From the NCBI RefSeq assembly GCF_963676685.1, contig NC_092353.1, positions 76,508,001-76,572,000 of the forward strand: a DNA stretch of 64,000 nucleotides. Reading direction: 5' to 3'. This DNA comes from Mytilus edulis (taxonomy: Eukaryota). Under the pieces are notes generated by a model, which was given only the letters and a program-made list of their open reading frames with translations, had not been told where the DNA came from and did not search any database. The translations under genes were made by a program, and so were the position numbers. This document shows, piece after piece, positions 13,310 through 26,385 of this stretch. The first letter of the stretch is position 1. The number at the start of each line of letters is the position of its first letter.

Positions 13310-14120
13310 GAACCATGAACCATGAAAATGGGGTCGAGGTCAGATGAACCATGTCCGGCAAACATGTACAGTATACAATCCTTCCATACAACAAACATAG
13401 TTGACTTATTACTTACAGTTTAAGAAAAACAGACTTAAACATAACACTGAGCAATGAACCGAATTAAGGTCAAGGTAAAATAAAACTGCGAGACTGATAT
13501 GTACAATGTACATCATAAAATATTTTCATACACCAAGTATAGTTGACCTATTGCATAAAGTATTAGAAAAAAAAAAGACTTAAACTAAAAAACTTAACTT
13601 CGACAACTGAACCATGAAAATGAGGTCATGGTTAGATGACACCTGCCAGTTGGACATGCACACCTTAAAATCCTTCCATACACCAAATATACTAGACCTA
13701 TTGCTTATAGTATCTGAGAAATGGACTTGACCTACCAAACTAAACCTTGTTCACTGATCCATAAAATAAGATCGAGGCCAAGTAAACAATATCTGACTGG
13801 CACGAGGACCTTGTGGGGCACGCACATACCAAATATAGTTATCCTGTTACTCAAAACTAAGAGAGAAATTGACATTACAAAAAATCTTAACTTTTTTCAA
13901 GTTGTCACTGAACCATGAAAATGAAGTCAAGGACAATGAACATGTGACAGACAGAAGCTTCGTAACATTAGGCATCTATATACAAAGTATGAAGCATCCA
14001 GGTCTTCCACCTTCTAAAATATAAAGCTTTTAAGAAGTTAGCTAACGCCGCCCCCGCCGCCGCCGTATCACTATCCCTTTGTCGAGTTTTCTGCAACTAA
14101 AGTCGCAGGCACGACAAAAA
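13310..14120 (+). repeat. Pearl/Helentron(HINE)-like element with internal AACCATGAAAATGAGGTCAAGG subrepeats
   Basis: Several imperfect internal units, a (GCC)n tract and a terminal hairpin TGTCGAG...CTGCAAC/GTCGCAG...CGACA; paralogous copy at 56531-57550. Confidence 0.65.
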
Positions 14121-14507
14121 ATGCTGGAGAGAAAAAAAACTTTTGACCTACCTAGAAATCCAGGGTCGACAGAGGGAAAACAAACATATTTTTAAATTTG
14201 GCCTCAGTTGCAGATTGATTGACGTCTTACAAAAATTTTGACGTGATTTTAAACTTTGTATTAAAATCGATGTATTGTTTCAAACGGTAAAGGTCACCAA
14301 GATAACTGGGTTTACTCCATAGTAATATGATAATGTTGTCAATGTATACACAAAGTTAAGTCGAAGTACAGTGTAGTATAAACATAGAAAATTGCAAACA
14401 AATTTACGTGTCTATATTTGAAGAATCAAAGCAAAACTACAAATATGCATAGAATTTTAGAATATGAATGCTCGAAAAGGTTCAAAACGTACATAACTAT
14501 ATAAATT

Positions 14508-14720
14508 ACCTTTACAATTTGACCCAAATACAGGAAGTAAAAGTCCAAAGTCCACTTTTTGAACTATATAAATAGAAATTGTTTATGATCGGGTACAATC
14601 TCATGTCACGTGTGATCTTAATTCGTCTGCAATATTCTTATTTCTCTCTTTGATAATAAAGAAAAGGGAGGGAACGAGTGATTAAGTGTTCCTTGGAGTT
14701 CCCAAAATCATTATAACAAT
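14508..14720 (-). promoter_or_regulatory. Putative promoter, ~30-nt non-coding first exon and splice donor of G2
   Basis: Minus strand: E-box CACGTG, TATTTATATAG (14574-14564), TTACTTCCTG (ETS-like), then AAG|GTAATT donor (GT at 14509-14508); module conserved at 41180, 57933 and 26309. Confidence 0.6.
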
Positions 14721-15855
14721 TAAAACAACAGCTATTGATAAAATCTGGTTTTTTTATATATATTATAAAAGGCCAACCCTTATATGTATTCCCATTTAAA
14801 GTCATACGATGTTTTACAACAAAAAGTTTAACTGTGAAAAAAATGTACGTGTACGTAAACCTTTTGTTTAACAAAAATGAATTGTTGCAAATCGAAATCT
14901 TCAGAAAATCACTGCTACTGACCACACCTAATCATTATTTTCTCCAATAGTTAAATTATTTTTTAAAGAGTAATCCTTTCCATTTTTTTCAAGTGGGATG
15001 GCAATTAGAAACCAATTGATGAGTTTTTAGTTTGTAAGAGTTATACTTACATGTAGCAAAATGAACGAGGAAGCCATTAAGAGAACATTATATTAGTATT
15101 CAAACGGACAAAAAGGGAACATAGAATGAGATATGTTGTGTTTCTATTGGCCCTCAGTATGTGAATATAAAAGACATTACTACTTACTATAAATTTATCC
15201 GATTTACATAATGGTTATATACATTATCACAAATTCTACACGAAATATGATATGATACACTTGGAAGATTTAACATGAAAGTTTCAGGAATTATATACCA
15301 TGATTAATAGCTCATTTACTAAATGTGCTAATATCGTCATCGTATAAACTGACCATTATTTAATTAATTAGTTGATTTGTTAACATCTAAAGAAAAATAA
15401 TTACTCAAACAACAGTATTTGAAAATCTTTAAAAAAAATCACTGAATGAAAACAAAATGGGTGATGATTAAAACTTACACATGCCTTGAATCCATTCTCC
15501 TAGGGTCGACACGTGCAATTAATTTCTAATATTTAGATATGTTAAATGCATCTTTTCAACTTTTTCTTGGTCGAGCCAATCATTCAACTTTGTTACGTAA
15601 CTAACTGTCCTGTTGATGTAAATATTTGATCTGATGCTACCGGAGTTGGGGAATGACTAAGACATGACGATTAGGTAAAAGTATAAGTATTGAAAAGGTG
15701 TTCTTGATCTTGTCAAAGGAATTTTCAAAAGACAATAAAAGGCACACATTCGATTTTTTTATTTTTTTTTATTTTGACTAGTATCCAATTTGAGGGTTCT
15801 CTTAACAAAAATATGTTTTCTATAACACTTTAACAGGTAAACTTAAAGTTAAGTA

Positions 15856-17476
15856 TTAGGCAATGTCAAATTTTAGGAGGTGTCCGGAGTAAGATACAAC
15901 ATAAAGTTTGTTAATATGAAAATACATTCCGTATGATTTCGTAATTCCATCTATTTCGGTGAGTAATGTTCTGCTATTTTTACCATCTGACGTTATCAAC
16001 ATGACACTTATGTTTCTATTCGAAATCACGGAAACGATACCGTGTTGATCAACAGCTATTCCAGTTACACAATTCATAATTGATTCGTTCTTGTATACCC
16101 AAAGTTTGTCTCCCTTTACACTGTAGCATTTGGCTGTAGAACCATAATCAGTGAAGTAAAGGTTCTCATCTGAGGTCGTTATGTAACAAAAATCGTCCTG
16201 TATGGTGCAATCCTCCACTAGTGTACATACATTTAAGTTTGACAGTTGGATCCCTACGATACCTTTCCCTTTTTCACAGAATAAAATTTGTCCTTGTCTG
16301 TATGTAATACCTCGACTAGCGCCGGTGTTGATTGTTTTTGTAACTTGTTTGGTCTTTGTGTCTTTAATTTGTATTTTATTGTTGTTACGAATTGTAACAG
16401 CTACCGTTTTGTCATTAATACATGTAACATCAAATGGGTTAAGAAGTGAAAGAGGTACTTCACAGTCTAAAATTTCATCACTATGCACGATCACTAATAT
16501 TATCCTTCCATCGGGAAAGACTGATGATCTGAAGCAGTAGTATTATCAAGTAACCTAGGACGGGATGGCACTACCGTAAAAATCTGAGCCTGCTTTTCTT
16601 GATCTACGGTAAACAAAATTGACGACGGACTTTTTTTAATTGTTATTGACCCAAATGCTATAATTGTGGAGAACATTTTTGTGATCTTATCGTTTATCTG
16701 GCATTTCAAACCTAAATGGGTAAAATCCATCATCTTCCGAAATATTTTGTACGTATTTAAACTCCTTAGTGATGTCCTTTTCTAATATTTTACTACCAAT
16801 GAAAGCCTGCAGATGGGATCCGTGTTGTTTGACGGACATGAGATTTGTCTTCAAAATCTCAATCACGTTCTTTTTTTCGGAAAGTTTATTAACAAGAATT
16901 TCAATTTTGAGTTTAAGTTGTGTTTCAGTTGAATTTAAATTGTCTATCACTTCTTTCTCTAATTCATCAAAGCGGGAATTTAATTTTGTCTTGTGTGTTT
17001 TATATCATTTAATCCTTTAAGATGCTGTTCTTTTATGTTGACAATATTTTCTTCCCTGTCCTTTAATACTCTTTCAGTGTTGTCCTGAATGTCTTTCAGT
17101 GACTTCTCCAAACTGTCAAACAAAGTTGAAGATTTTGATAACTTGATAGCTTCGTCAATAGGGTACATTCCGGTGCATTCTTTACGGTTTTCAGATATGC
17201 AAACTAGACAACAAAGTTGGTATTGACGTAGGCAAAACATTTGAAATTTTCGATCATGCCCTCTACAATTTTGTTCTATTTTACAAATCTCAACTGGGAG
17301 GTTCTTATAGTTGTCCATGGATATTATCCCATGTTGTCTGAAAGCTTTTGATACGTTGTGGTAATTTTTGCAATTCGTGCATAGTCCTTCATCACATTCA
17401 GGACACCAGTTATTGAAACGTTCGAAACATGTTAAGCATCACATATTACACAAAGTATAACATCTGAGACAGCCAT
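15856..17476 (-). pseudogene. TRIM-like B-box/coiled-coil/NHL pseudogene (G3, type C)
   Basis: Four broken ORFs (16980-17318, 16687-16950, 16500-16733, 15856-16494) tile the family protein; early TAA near 17433, frameshifts near 16985 and 16725, deletions of ~52 and ~27 nt near 16529 and 16496; CAG|ATG at 17476. Confidence 0.9.
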
Positions 17477-17539
17477 CTGAAACAAAAGTTGAATATTAAA
17501 AACAGTTATTGAATAATGTACTCTGCAGACTGGTGGTAA

Positions 17540-17735
17540 AATGTAAAATAACAAAAATACACAACTCCGAGGAAAGTTTTGAACAGAAAGTCCCTAGGCA
17601 AATGGCAAAATCAAAAGCTTAAACGAATGGATGACATCTGTTTTATTCCAGATCGCTTGGAAGAGGCATTTTCTAATGTAGAAATGTATGGATTAAACCT
17701 TGTTTTATATTTATCTAATAATCTCTCACTTGCGT
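17540..17735 (+). repeat. Dispersed repeat (…AAAGTCCCT..CAAATGGCAAAATCAAA…GTAGAAAATGGTGGATTAAACCTGG…)
   Basis: Copies at ~37585-37830 and 63630-63820 (+), and ~18110-18430, 30870-30930, 33400-33710, 49630-49700 (-). Confidence 0.65.
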
Positions 17736-19081
17736 GTGTATATTTGAATCATTTCATTAAACACTAGTTAAGTTTAAACACTGCAGCCATCAAATTTTGC
17801 TCTTGTCAATCCATTCCCGTTACCACTACGGTTCTTGCACCTGTATTTGAATACAAATTGTAAAGAAAACATGTATTTGCATAGCCACATACTACATCTT
17901 GTTAAATTAGTTGTAACTTGTTATAAGGTTAAGAGAGTTTTATAATTTATATAAAAGTCTGTTAAAAAAAATAATAGATAATCGTTGATCTCTCTTATAT
18001 GGCTTACGATATATCATAATGACTTTGTTGTTGTCTTTCGTGTTTACTAATGGACTTTGTTTATATGCGTTTTGGTTTTCCTTCATTGATATATTATATT
18101 TGTTTGTTTTCATAGGAATTAAGATTATAAAACAATGTTGACTGCTTTACCCTATATTTTTATACATTTATAACTATTCTGTTCACATATCGTAATAAAA
18201 AATAAATAGAAGGAAATTTTAAACGGCTATCATACAGATGAGAGGTTTAGCTAGAAGAAGTTATAACACCGGCTTTAAAACAAATTATGAGAAAATGCAT
18301 TAACAAAGTCAGGAATATGACAGTTGTTATCCATGCCATTGGTGTGTTTACGCTTTCGATTTTGCCATTTGATTATAGGGACTTAAGTTTCGAATTGTAC
18401 TCGGATCTCGGTACTTTTTATTATATTACTTTGGAAACTCTACACCAACATTTACGACAAAAGGGGCTATTTGTTGTTACCTATTATAATTTCTTTTTCT
18501 TTTTTGACAGTGATGGTTTTTTTTTGTCTCATCTCACGGTTGTCTTTATATAAATTAACTCCTTCGTTATGCCTATGTCGGAGGTGACATTTTGGATTTT
18601 AAAAAACGTAATCCAGTAATATTAGCCAAAGATTTTGTAACAAATATTTCTCAAAACCTTAACTAAATTATAACTTCGATACAAATATATGGTTTGGGAG
18701 TTTTTCTGTATCTATAAGAAACGTATTTAAGACGGGATAGCACATTCTCATTTGTACGGTGATGTTGTATTAGCGAGCCCACGCATTTAGATCACAATAA
18801 ACTTATCGATACTTCAAATAGACTTATTTCAAAGTTTATCAATTTAACATTGTGGATCGAGTCCATAAATTTATATACGATCCGTTTAAACTTATTGATA
18901 CTCTAAGTAAACTTATTCTAAAAGACTAACAATTAAATAATGAAATTAGATCTTTGAATATTTTTATATCGGTATAAATATTGCTTTTGTTATGAATGAA
19001 TTCAAACCCAACTAAATATTACCTATACACCTATGCACATTCACAGTCTTCTGTCGACACATATATTTTGGCATTGCTTAA

Positions 19082-22000
19082 CCCCTTCCCTTTCACACCG
19101 GTACAGCTTACCGGTGAAGCGTTTTTTGGGTTGCGTATTATGTGAGAATAGTTGTAGCGTTTTTATTTTTGAGTGTATAAACATAATACTTAGATGAAAT
19201 TAAAGCCAAGAATTAAAGCTTTCATCTGGTATGATATCGTGGATGTTTAACAACAAAAACAAATTTCTCAGCGAGATGAACCTGCACTTGACAATTAATT
19301 TGACGTCGAAATTTACGGGGATTTCCCGTTTTGTCAATGTCGGAACTAAACTGTCGAAACTTCACTGTGTGAAATATTTTGGCTTTACAAAATTACAGGC
19401 TAATTATTTCGATATTTTGCTTTACAATGATGTATATTCTATTTGGTGGAAACGCCATTAAGCATAGTTTTTTGTCCATAATAAAGCACTTGCTTACGAT
19501 TTAACCACGAGAAATTTGAGAAATTCAAAATTTTTACTAAGGAAAAAAAACAGCAATACTTAAACTATGAAATAGGAAAAAGTGATTATACACGAATAAA
19601 CTTGGGACTTTTAGGTTTCCAAAACTGGAAAGTTTATTAAAATCGGCCGGGGACTTCAAAAGTTACGAGTCTTTACTTTTTGATGATCGCCGTCAAAAAT
19701 GAGTAAAAAACTATGGAGTTTTTTTATGACGATAGTCAATCATTTCTTTTATGGGTCATTTATGCGCGCACCTGCTTTAATCTATTTTTTTTTGGAGAAA
19801 ATAATCAATTAATTCTTTACTTCTTCGAATTTCGTACATAATTTTATTTTTTATCGGTCACCCGGATACATTCCGATATCGGGTTTTTTGTAATTTATGA
19901 TTTTACGGTTCATGACCTCAGTGTTAAAATCAAGGACAAATGGATACCGATTTAATTTCATCAGACGAAGAGGATTATTTGGATTTGTTACTTCAGGATG
20001 GAGACATCGTTGATGATACTGAGTCATACACAACAGAACAAGAAGTTTTGTAAGTTCCAAATTAACACCATGAACGCAAAGTCTTTTCTTTTCAATCGTG
20101 ACAATTCGAAGTTCCCTTTTCAGCAATAACAAGTTCAAATTTGTACCTAATAAATATTATCTGGTACATGTATGTTGTGGAGTATCATATTTATCATACT
20201 CAATTCTTGTTAACCCTTTAACAATTTAGTCACACAGCTTTGGACAAGTTTGGTTAACATGAAGTATTAGGCTTGAATATTGTGAAAAAAAAGCAACTAT
20301 ACTTTTTCATGATTTTATATTTTTTTCTGATACTCATGTCAGAGCAAAGTTAAGTGCCAAAATAAATATTTTACCCCTTCATATTCTGTCCAAAATCAGG
20401 AGCCTGTAATCGGCTAAACAATAATTGTTTTCTCATAGACAATCATACCACATCTCCTGTATATTTATATCAGAATTGACCATTGTTTGAAAAAATAATC
20501 AGTATGTTTAATTCAATAAAAGACTGAAACTGTAGAAAAAATGTACATTGGCACACACAAATAACAACAACAAAACAGAACATAAGAAATGATGGTCAGC
20601 TGGGAGTCAAAATACAAGCAGATTTATATAAACAAAAAAGGGGTAAACATGCAATATTATTGCATATGCTGCAGGCTTAAATTACATTTTTGGAAGCTGA
20701 CTTGGACTATTTCAAAAGATTGGTTAAGCATTATTTATAAAAATCATGCAGAATAACATTTGAAGCAATATTTGCAACAGACATCAATATATTAAACTTC
20801 TTTTGGATGAAAGCAGACATGCATGTGGGGTATAAATCAGATAGCCAGCAGTCCAACAACAAAAAAAGTACAAAATGTAGTAGACATCTTACTGTTCTAC
20901 ACAATACATTTGTAGATCTATAGGTGTACATGTATATTCAGAATGTCCAGTAGTCATTCACAGTAAATAATATACTTATGATCATGAAAGTATGCTATTG
21001 GAAAATTTGTATTTGCAAGTATCTGTTAATCTGGTAAAACTTTCTATATATTATACATGATCATACATTAACTTATTATAAATATAATTATCAGTTGGAT
21101 TTTGTTTCTTATAAATGTTAGTATTTTCTAGTTCATCACAAGACAGTTCTCAGAGTTTATATGGTGACACACTTGCCAAGAATATTTATTGGAAAGATGA
21201 AAACACCTTAGATGATTCAGCTCCAGACCCAAGAACAAATGCATTCAAACCAGAAAAACCTCCAGGTTTTCAGTTTGCTAACTTCACTAGGTAAATGGAT
21301 ATATGTTGTATGAATTCTTACTTGAAATGAATATTTCTGTTATCTGTTCTACACTTATTCAAATAAGAAATATTTCCATCTTTATAGAAGATAGTTTTCA
21401 ATTGAATAAATTCATTTGAAAAGCCCCTTTTCCAATCATAAAAAATGTAAAAATATTCACTTTCACTATAAATACAGGTTAAACTTTCCCTTTTATGATT
21501 TTTTATAGTTAAAAACCCTGTATTTTAATGAATTAAAGAAGTATATTTAAATGTCTTAGAATATTTACAATAAATTTATTAAAAGAAATTAATTTGTCTT
21601 ATGTTGGCTTGTCTGTAATATTTTCTCAGTATATGCTTTGTTTTAAATATTACTATTTTATGTTGGTAGGAAACAACTACAAGGACTAAAATCACCAGCA
21701 GATTTCTTCAAACTCTTTTGTACAGTGGAACTTCTTACTCAGATTTGTATAGCCACAAATAACCAGGCAAGAACTTTAATTAGTGCAGGAATGTGCACTT
21801 CATACACATCTAATGGAGCCTGGGAATTACTCACAGTAAATGAGTTACTACGGTAAGACTTAATATAAGTGAGAAAAAAATATGGCACCTTTACGAAACC
21901 TGTTGTTGATGTTTAAATAAACTTTTGGGTTGTTGTATAATTGGTATATGGTTATAATATATATATATAAGAAAATTATTAAAAGATAATATTATCAAAA

Positions 22001-24763
22001 GATAACATTTGATATACACTAACATTATAATAGAAGGGTATTCTTTATTTTGAAAAGTGAAAACAGAGTATTATATAAGATTTTTTTTTATTAAATGTTG
22101 TCTTTTACAGATTTCTTGGTATTGTTATCTACATGTCAGTTGTAAAGCTGTCCACAGTTGATAAATATTGGTCATCTGATGTGTTATACAAGAGCTGTCC
22201 AGTTCGAGATGTTATGTCAAAGAAAAGATTCCTTGCAATACTATCATTTATTCAAGTGACGTCTCCAGCTGAAGTTGATAAAGGTGAAGTATTTTTATTA
22301 AAATGAATATATTCAATATTTTAAAAAGAATTACATATTGCTTGCTTAATGTTGTAATTCAGAAATACAGTTGCAAGCTATGGAGTTTTTCATTATATGT
22401 GCTTAATGACATTATTTAAAATTTTACATTTGGCCATGATTTTTCAAAAAGATAAATTTTATATCAATATTATAATGGACAGGGGGCATGCATGTCTTAT
22501 TAAAAGAATAGATATGTCATATATGTCTTTTGCTCCCAAATTTCATTCTTCAACTGAAATAAAAAAAAAAAGATGTGGTATGATTGTGACCACTCTGTAC
22601 AAGAGACCAAAATGACACAGATTTAAACAACTATAGGTCACTGTACAACCTTCAACAATGACAAAAACATATACCACATAGTCAGCAATAAAAGGCCCCG
22701 AAATGACAATGTAAAATAATTCAAACAAGAAAACTTACGGCCTTATTTATGTACAAAAATAAAATACATGAAGAAAATGATTACCTACAATGTGTTCACT
22801 TTTTATTCTCTGTTCTGTTACTGGGTATACATGGAATTTCTTTGTGTACTTGGGTAAAAAGAGAACAAACATAGTTGACAAATCAAAGGGCTTAGCATTC
22901 ACAGTTGTTACCACTTTGTGTGAAAAGTTATATGGACAAGGATTTAGGCTATATGTTGATTCTTTTTACACAACATTACGTTTAGCAATTGACCTACTTA
23001 CAAACAAAGTGTATTTAATTGGAGCTATCAGATCTAATAGCACAGCGATGCCTCTAGTTTTCAAACAAAGTGTAGACTGGAGTAAACTTGTATCCAGAGG
23101 TGATTTTAGATGGCATAGGGAAGGTTCGTTTGTTTTCATACAATGGAAGGATTGTAAGACGGTTACACTTATGTCCCCTTTGCACAAAGGTTCTGATGTA
23201 ACTTCCTGTTTTAGAACTATTTCCAACCGTAACGCATGGAAAAGGCAGAATGTAAAACAGCCACAAGTTATTCATGATTACAATGTTAATATGGGCGGAG
23301 TGTACTTGTCTAACCAATATTTAAACAAGTATTCATCTTAAATAAGAACCCAAAATCATTGGTGGAAGGTATTATTTTTTCACTGTTTTGACATTATGGT
23401 GGTAAACTCCTATATAGTTTTTCAGGAGTTTATAGGAAAGTATCCTGCCCAGTTTGAAAACACCACATTTGTTTCTAGGTTTGGTCAACTAGAGTTTAGA
23501 GAATCGATAGCATCTGAGCTAATGAATATCGGGAGACCTTCTGTTGAGAACATTGTCGCCAAACATATGCCATCTTTTCTAAGTATCAGAAAGGATTGCG
23601 TTTACTGTAATGCAAAAGCCAGTATGGATGGTTTACCGTCACCAAGCCACAAAGTATTTTCAGTTTGTAATACTTGTAATGTCCCACTTTGTTGTTCAGC
23701 AACAAGAAACTGTTTTTACAATTGGCATACAGAAGTAAATATTCAAACCTATGTCTCTCAAAATGGAAAATTTAAAAAGAGAAAACTTGAAACTTGATTC
23801 CGGTTATTTGGATACTGTGCATGTGGCTGTTTCCCCCCAGTGACTTACCAGTTGTTAATTGATACTTTTTGTTCATTTGTTAATTTATACATGTATATGA
23901 ATTAAAGCAATTTTCTTGTCCACTTGCAAGTGTTGATAATCCATACAGGTAGTACTCCAATTGACATCAACAGTTATTTCGATAAAGTTGTTCACCTTTG
24001 AAATAAGGTTCAGTTCTCGAAATGAGAGATTTTAAATCATTTTTAGAAGACTGTTGCCATAACAACTGGTATTATTTTGTATTACACTTTAAAGTTGGTA
24101 TCCGATTCTATTAAACTTCGTTTTGGTATGTTAATATATAATTCTTATTATCAAAATCTCGGAATCCTTTAATGTATGGCAATTTTTTCGTATTTTTTCC
24201 CATTTGACTACCGTTGCTATGGGAACCATTTGACAGAGTGAAATATTTTCTGTATTTTTTATATTGTTTATCCCATATTTAGTAAGTACTTGATGAATGT
24301 TCATCTTTACAACTCTCAAAAAGCTGGAAAATGAAGGAAATACTATGGGATCAGGTATTTTTTTAAAAATTGGAATGTTGCTTAGCAACAGAAAAAATAC
24401 ATTATTTATGAATATAATCATTAACTTTGACATGATTTGGAAAGCTGACTTTCCAAGCTTACTTTAACGGGTAAGAGTTATATCTATTTTAATTTAAAAC
24501 ATATTCAGAAATTATCAGGAAATTCAAAATTTCCATAAAATGACAAGAAAAAGCGGGAAATTTCAATACTTAGAGACGTGTCACGTGATCTGTTGCTATG
24601 GTAACATTTATCTGATATGTTCATTTTGTAGCCCCAACATATCTGTTCTGAGATAGATGGATACAAAAAGATATGCTTTATTATAAATAAAGAAATTTAT
24701 GTGATATTTAAGAACACCTTTAAAAGTGTAAATTTTGCTTAAAAATGCATGAATGGGAAGGGG
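19082..24763 (+). mobile_element. Full-span piggyBac DNA transposon (defective)
   Basis: TTAA target duplications at 19078-19081 and 24764-24767; 14-bp TIR CCCCTTCCC(T/A)TTCA; encodes piggyBac transposase homology. Confidence 0.93.
19940..23797 (+). pseudogene. Intron-split piggyBac transposase (exons 19940-20049, 21132-21290, 21670-21852, 22111-22283, then ~22795-23797)
   Basis: GT-AG splicing keeps frame: acidic N-terminus MDTDLISSDEED..., SPADFFKLF...TNNQA...W..LTVNELLR|FLGIVIYM...YWS...MSKKRF; later TGYTWNFFVYLGK, YVDSFYT, YNVNMGGV, WWKVLFF and a Cys-rich C-terminus CVYC..CNTC..LC..CF..WH; in-frame TAA at 23339-23341; first catalytic Asp region missing. Confidence 0.85.
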
Positions 24764-26308
24764 TTAAGGTCATGTTTTCTCTGACTGTTTATTGTGTCTT
24801 TACACTAAATCCATTGAATGTTGGATATGTTATAATTTGGTAGTCTGCACTTAGTCATATAAGTGTGTATTGTGTTTTTGTTACTTGTTACTGTTCTTTG
24901 TATCCATGCGTTAAACTGATTTTTTAAAGTGTGTTTGAAATTGTACTGTGACACCACTTCTCCAGGTTCGGGGAGAGTTGGGTGCAATAAACATATTCTA
25001 AAAGAACTAGTCAAATGTCAGGATCCTGTAATTGAGTGGATGTCATTTGTTGCTGTTTATCATATTTGATTTTCGTTAATTGTCTTCACATTTTTCAATT
25101 GTTTTTGTTCTTTTGCACAACTGTTCCAATTTGTAAGTTGTTCCAATTTGTCAGTTAAGTGTGTGGGTTGGGCACCCGCTCACATGTTTAATCCAGAAAC
25201 TTTCTTCATATATGATGTTTTATACATTGAGTATTGTTGTTGTTCTATACAGATTTAAGGTAAGTGTTTGCAGACGCTCACATACATAACCCCATCACAT
25301 AGATTGATAGATGGATGTATGGATGGATGGATGGATAGAAGATTGAAAATGTTGACCGTTCTATATGTGTGCAGGAACTTTGCAAGAATTACACAATGTT
25401 GACTAGGCATATCTATATGCCACTTCCTGGCGCTTAGAATTTGAAATTGTGGACTAGATCAAATTGATTGAGTTTGAACAATCTTATATATAAAAAAGAT
25501 TAAGGAGGCATTTAGGTTCAATGATGAAGGATATTCAATACGTCATTTTGCAAATACAAATTATTCATACTGTTGATTTAATAATAGTTTTGTTAGTGAT
25601 TACATATATACTGTTAAATAAATGTCATTTCAATTCCGTATTGCAATCATTACGTAGTTTCATGCTCAATACACATTTGAGATTTATTCTTTTTTTTTTA
25701 ATTATTTCTTTAATAATACTGGTACATTTATATATATTTACATTTGAGCATGACCACCCCTTTTCAAAATTAAGAGAGATATACGAATGTGTCTACACAC
25801 ATAACATTGGTATATACGTGTTATTCCTGTAAACACGCAGCGAAAAAAAATAGCTAAATGTAATTAAAAGTTTGTGACAAGTTTGCAGCATTTATGTTTG
25901 CTGCAATCATGACACAAGATTCATTTGCATGGTACATTTGCATGGTAAATGGTTTCGGTAAGATTACAGTTTGAAGTTAACTTGCGGCAATGTTTGCTGC
26001 TAGTTTGCATCAAATGTTTGCCACAAAGCTTAATGTTCGGTACGTGATAGTAGTAACACTCATCACGTGGCCCTACTAATATTTTAATATTCTGTTTATC
26101 CTATTGAAACAAGCAACACAGAATCATAACATAATATATATCACTTCCTGCTACAAATGTAAATTTGGACTTATTTAAGAAGTTTTATATTAATCTAGTA
26201 AATTATGATCGGGGTTACCATCTATGTACCAATAATTGTAGAATATTGTTGCTTATATAGCATGTATAGGTTTTTAAAGATGATAGTAACTATCTAAACA
26301 TATAAATT

Positions 26309-26385
26309 ACCTGTACGATTGTGCACACAGACAAAAAATCAAAGTTCAAAGTCCAATTTCTAAACGATATAAATAGAAATAGATC
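26309..26385 (-). promoter_or_regulatory. Putative first exon/donor/TATA module of G3
   Basis: TATAAATTACCTGTACGATTG...AAAGTCCAATTT..GATATAAATAGAAAT is homologous to the modules at 14508, 41180 and 57933; donor CAG|GTAATT. Confidence 0.5.

Noticed and set aside
13310-14000. Regularly spaced AACCATGAAAATGAGGTCAAGG repeats that superficially resemble a CRISPR array (also 56640-57370)
   Set aside because: Repeats are degenerate, the intervening sequences are homologous to each other, the context is eukaryotic and there are no cas genes; these are internal subrepeats of a non-autonomous element
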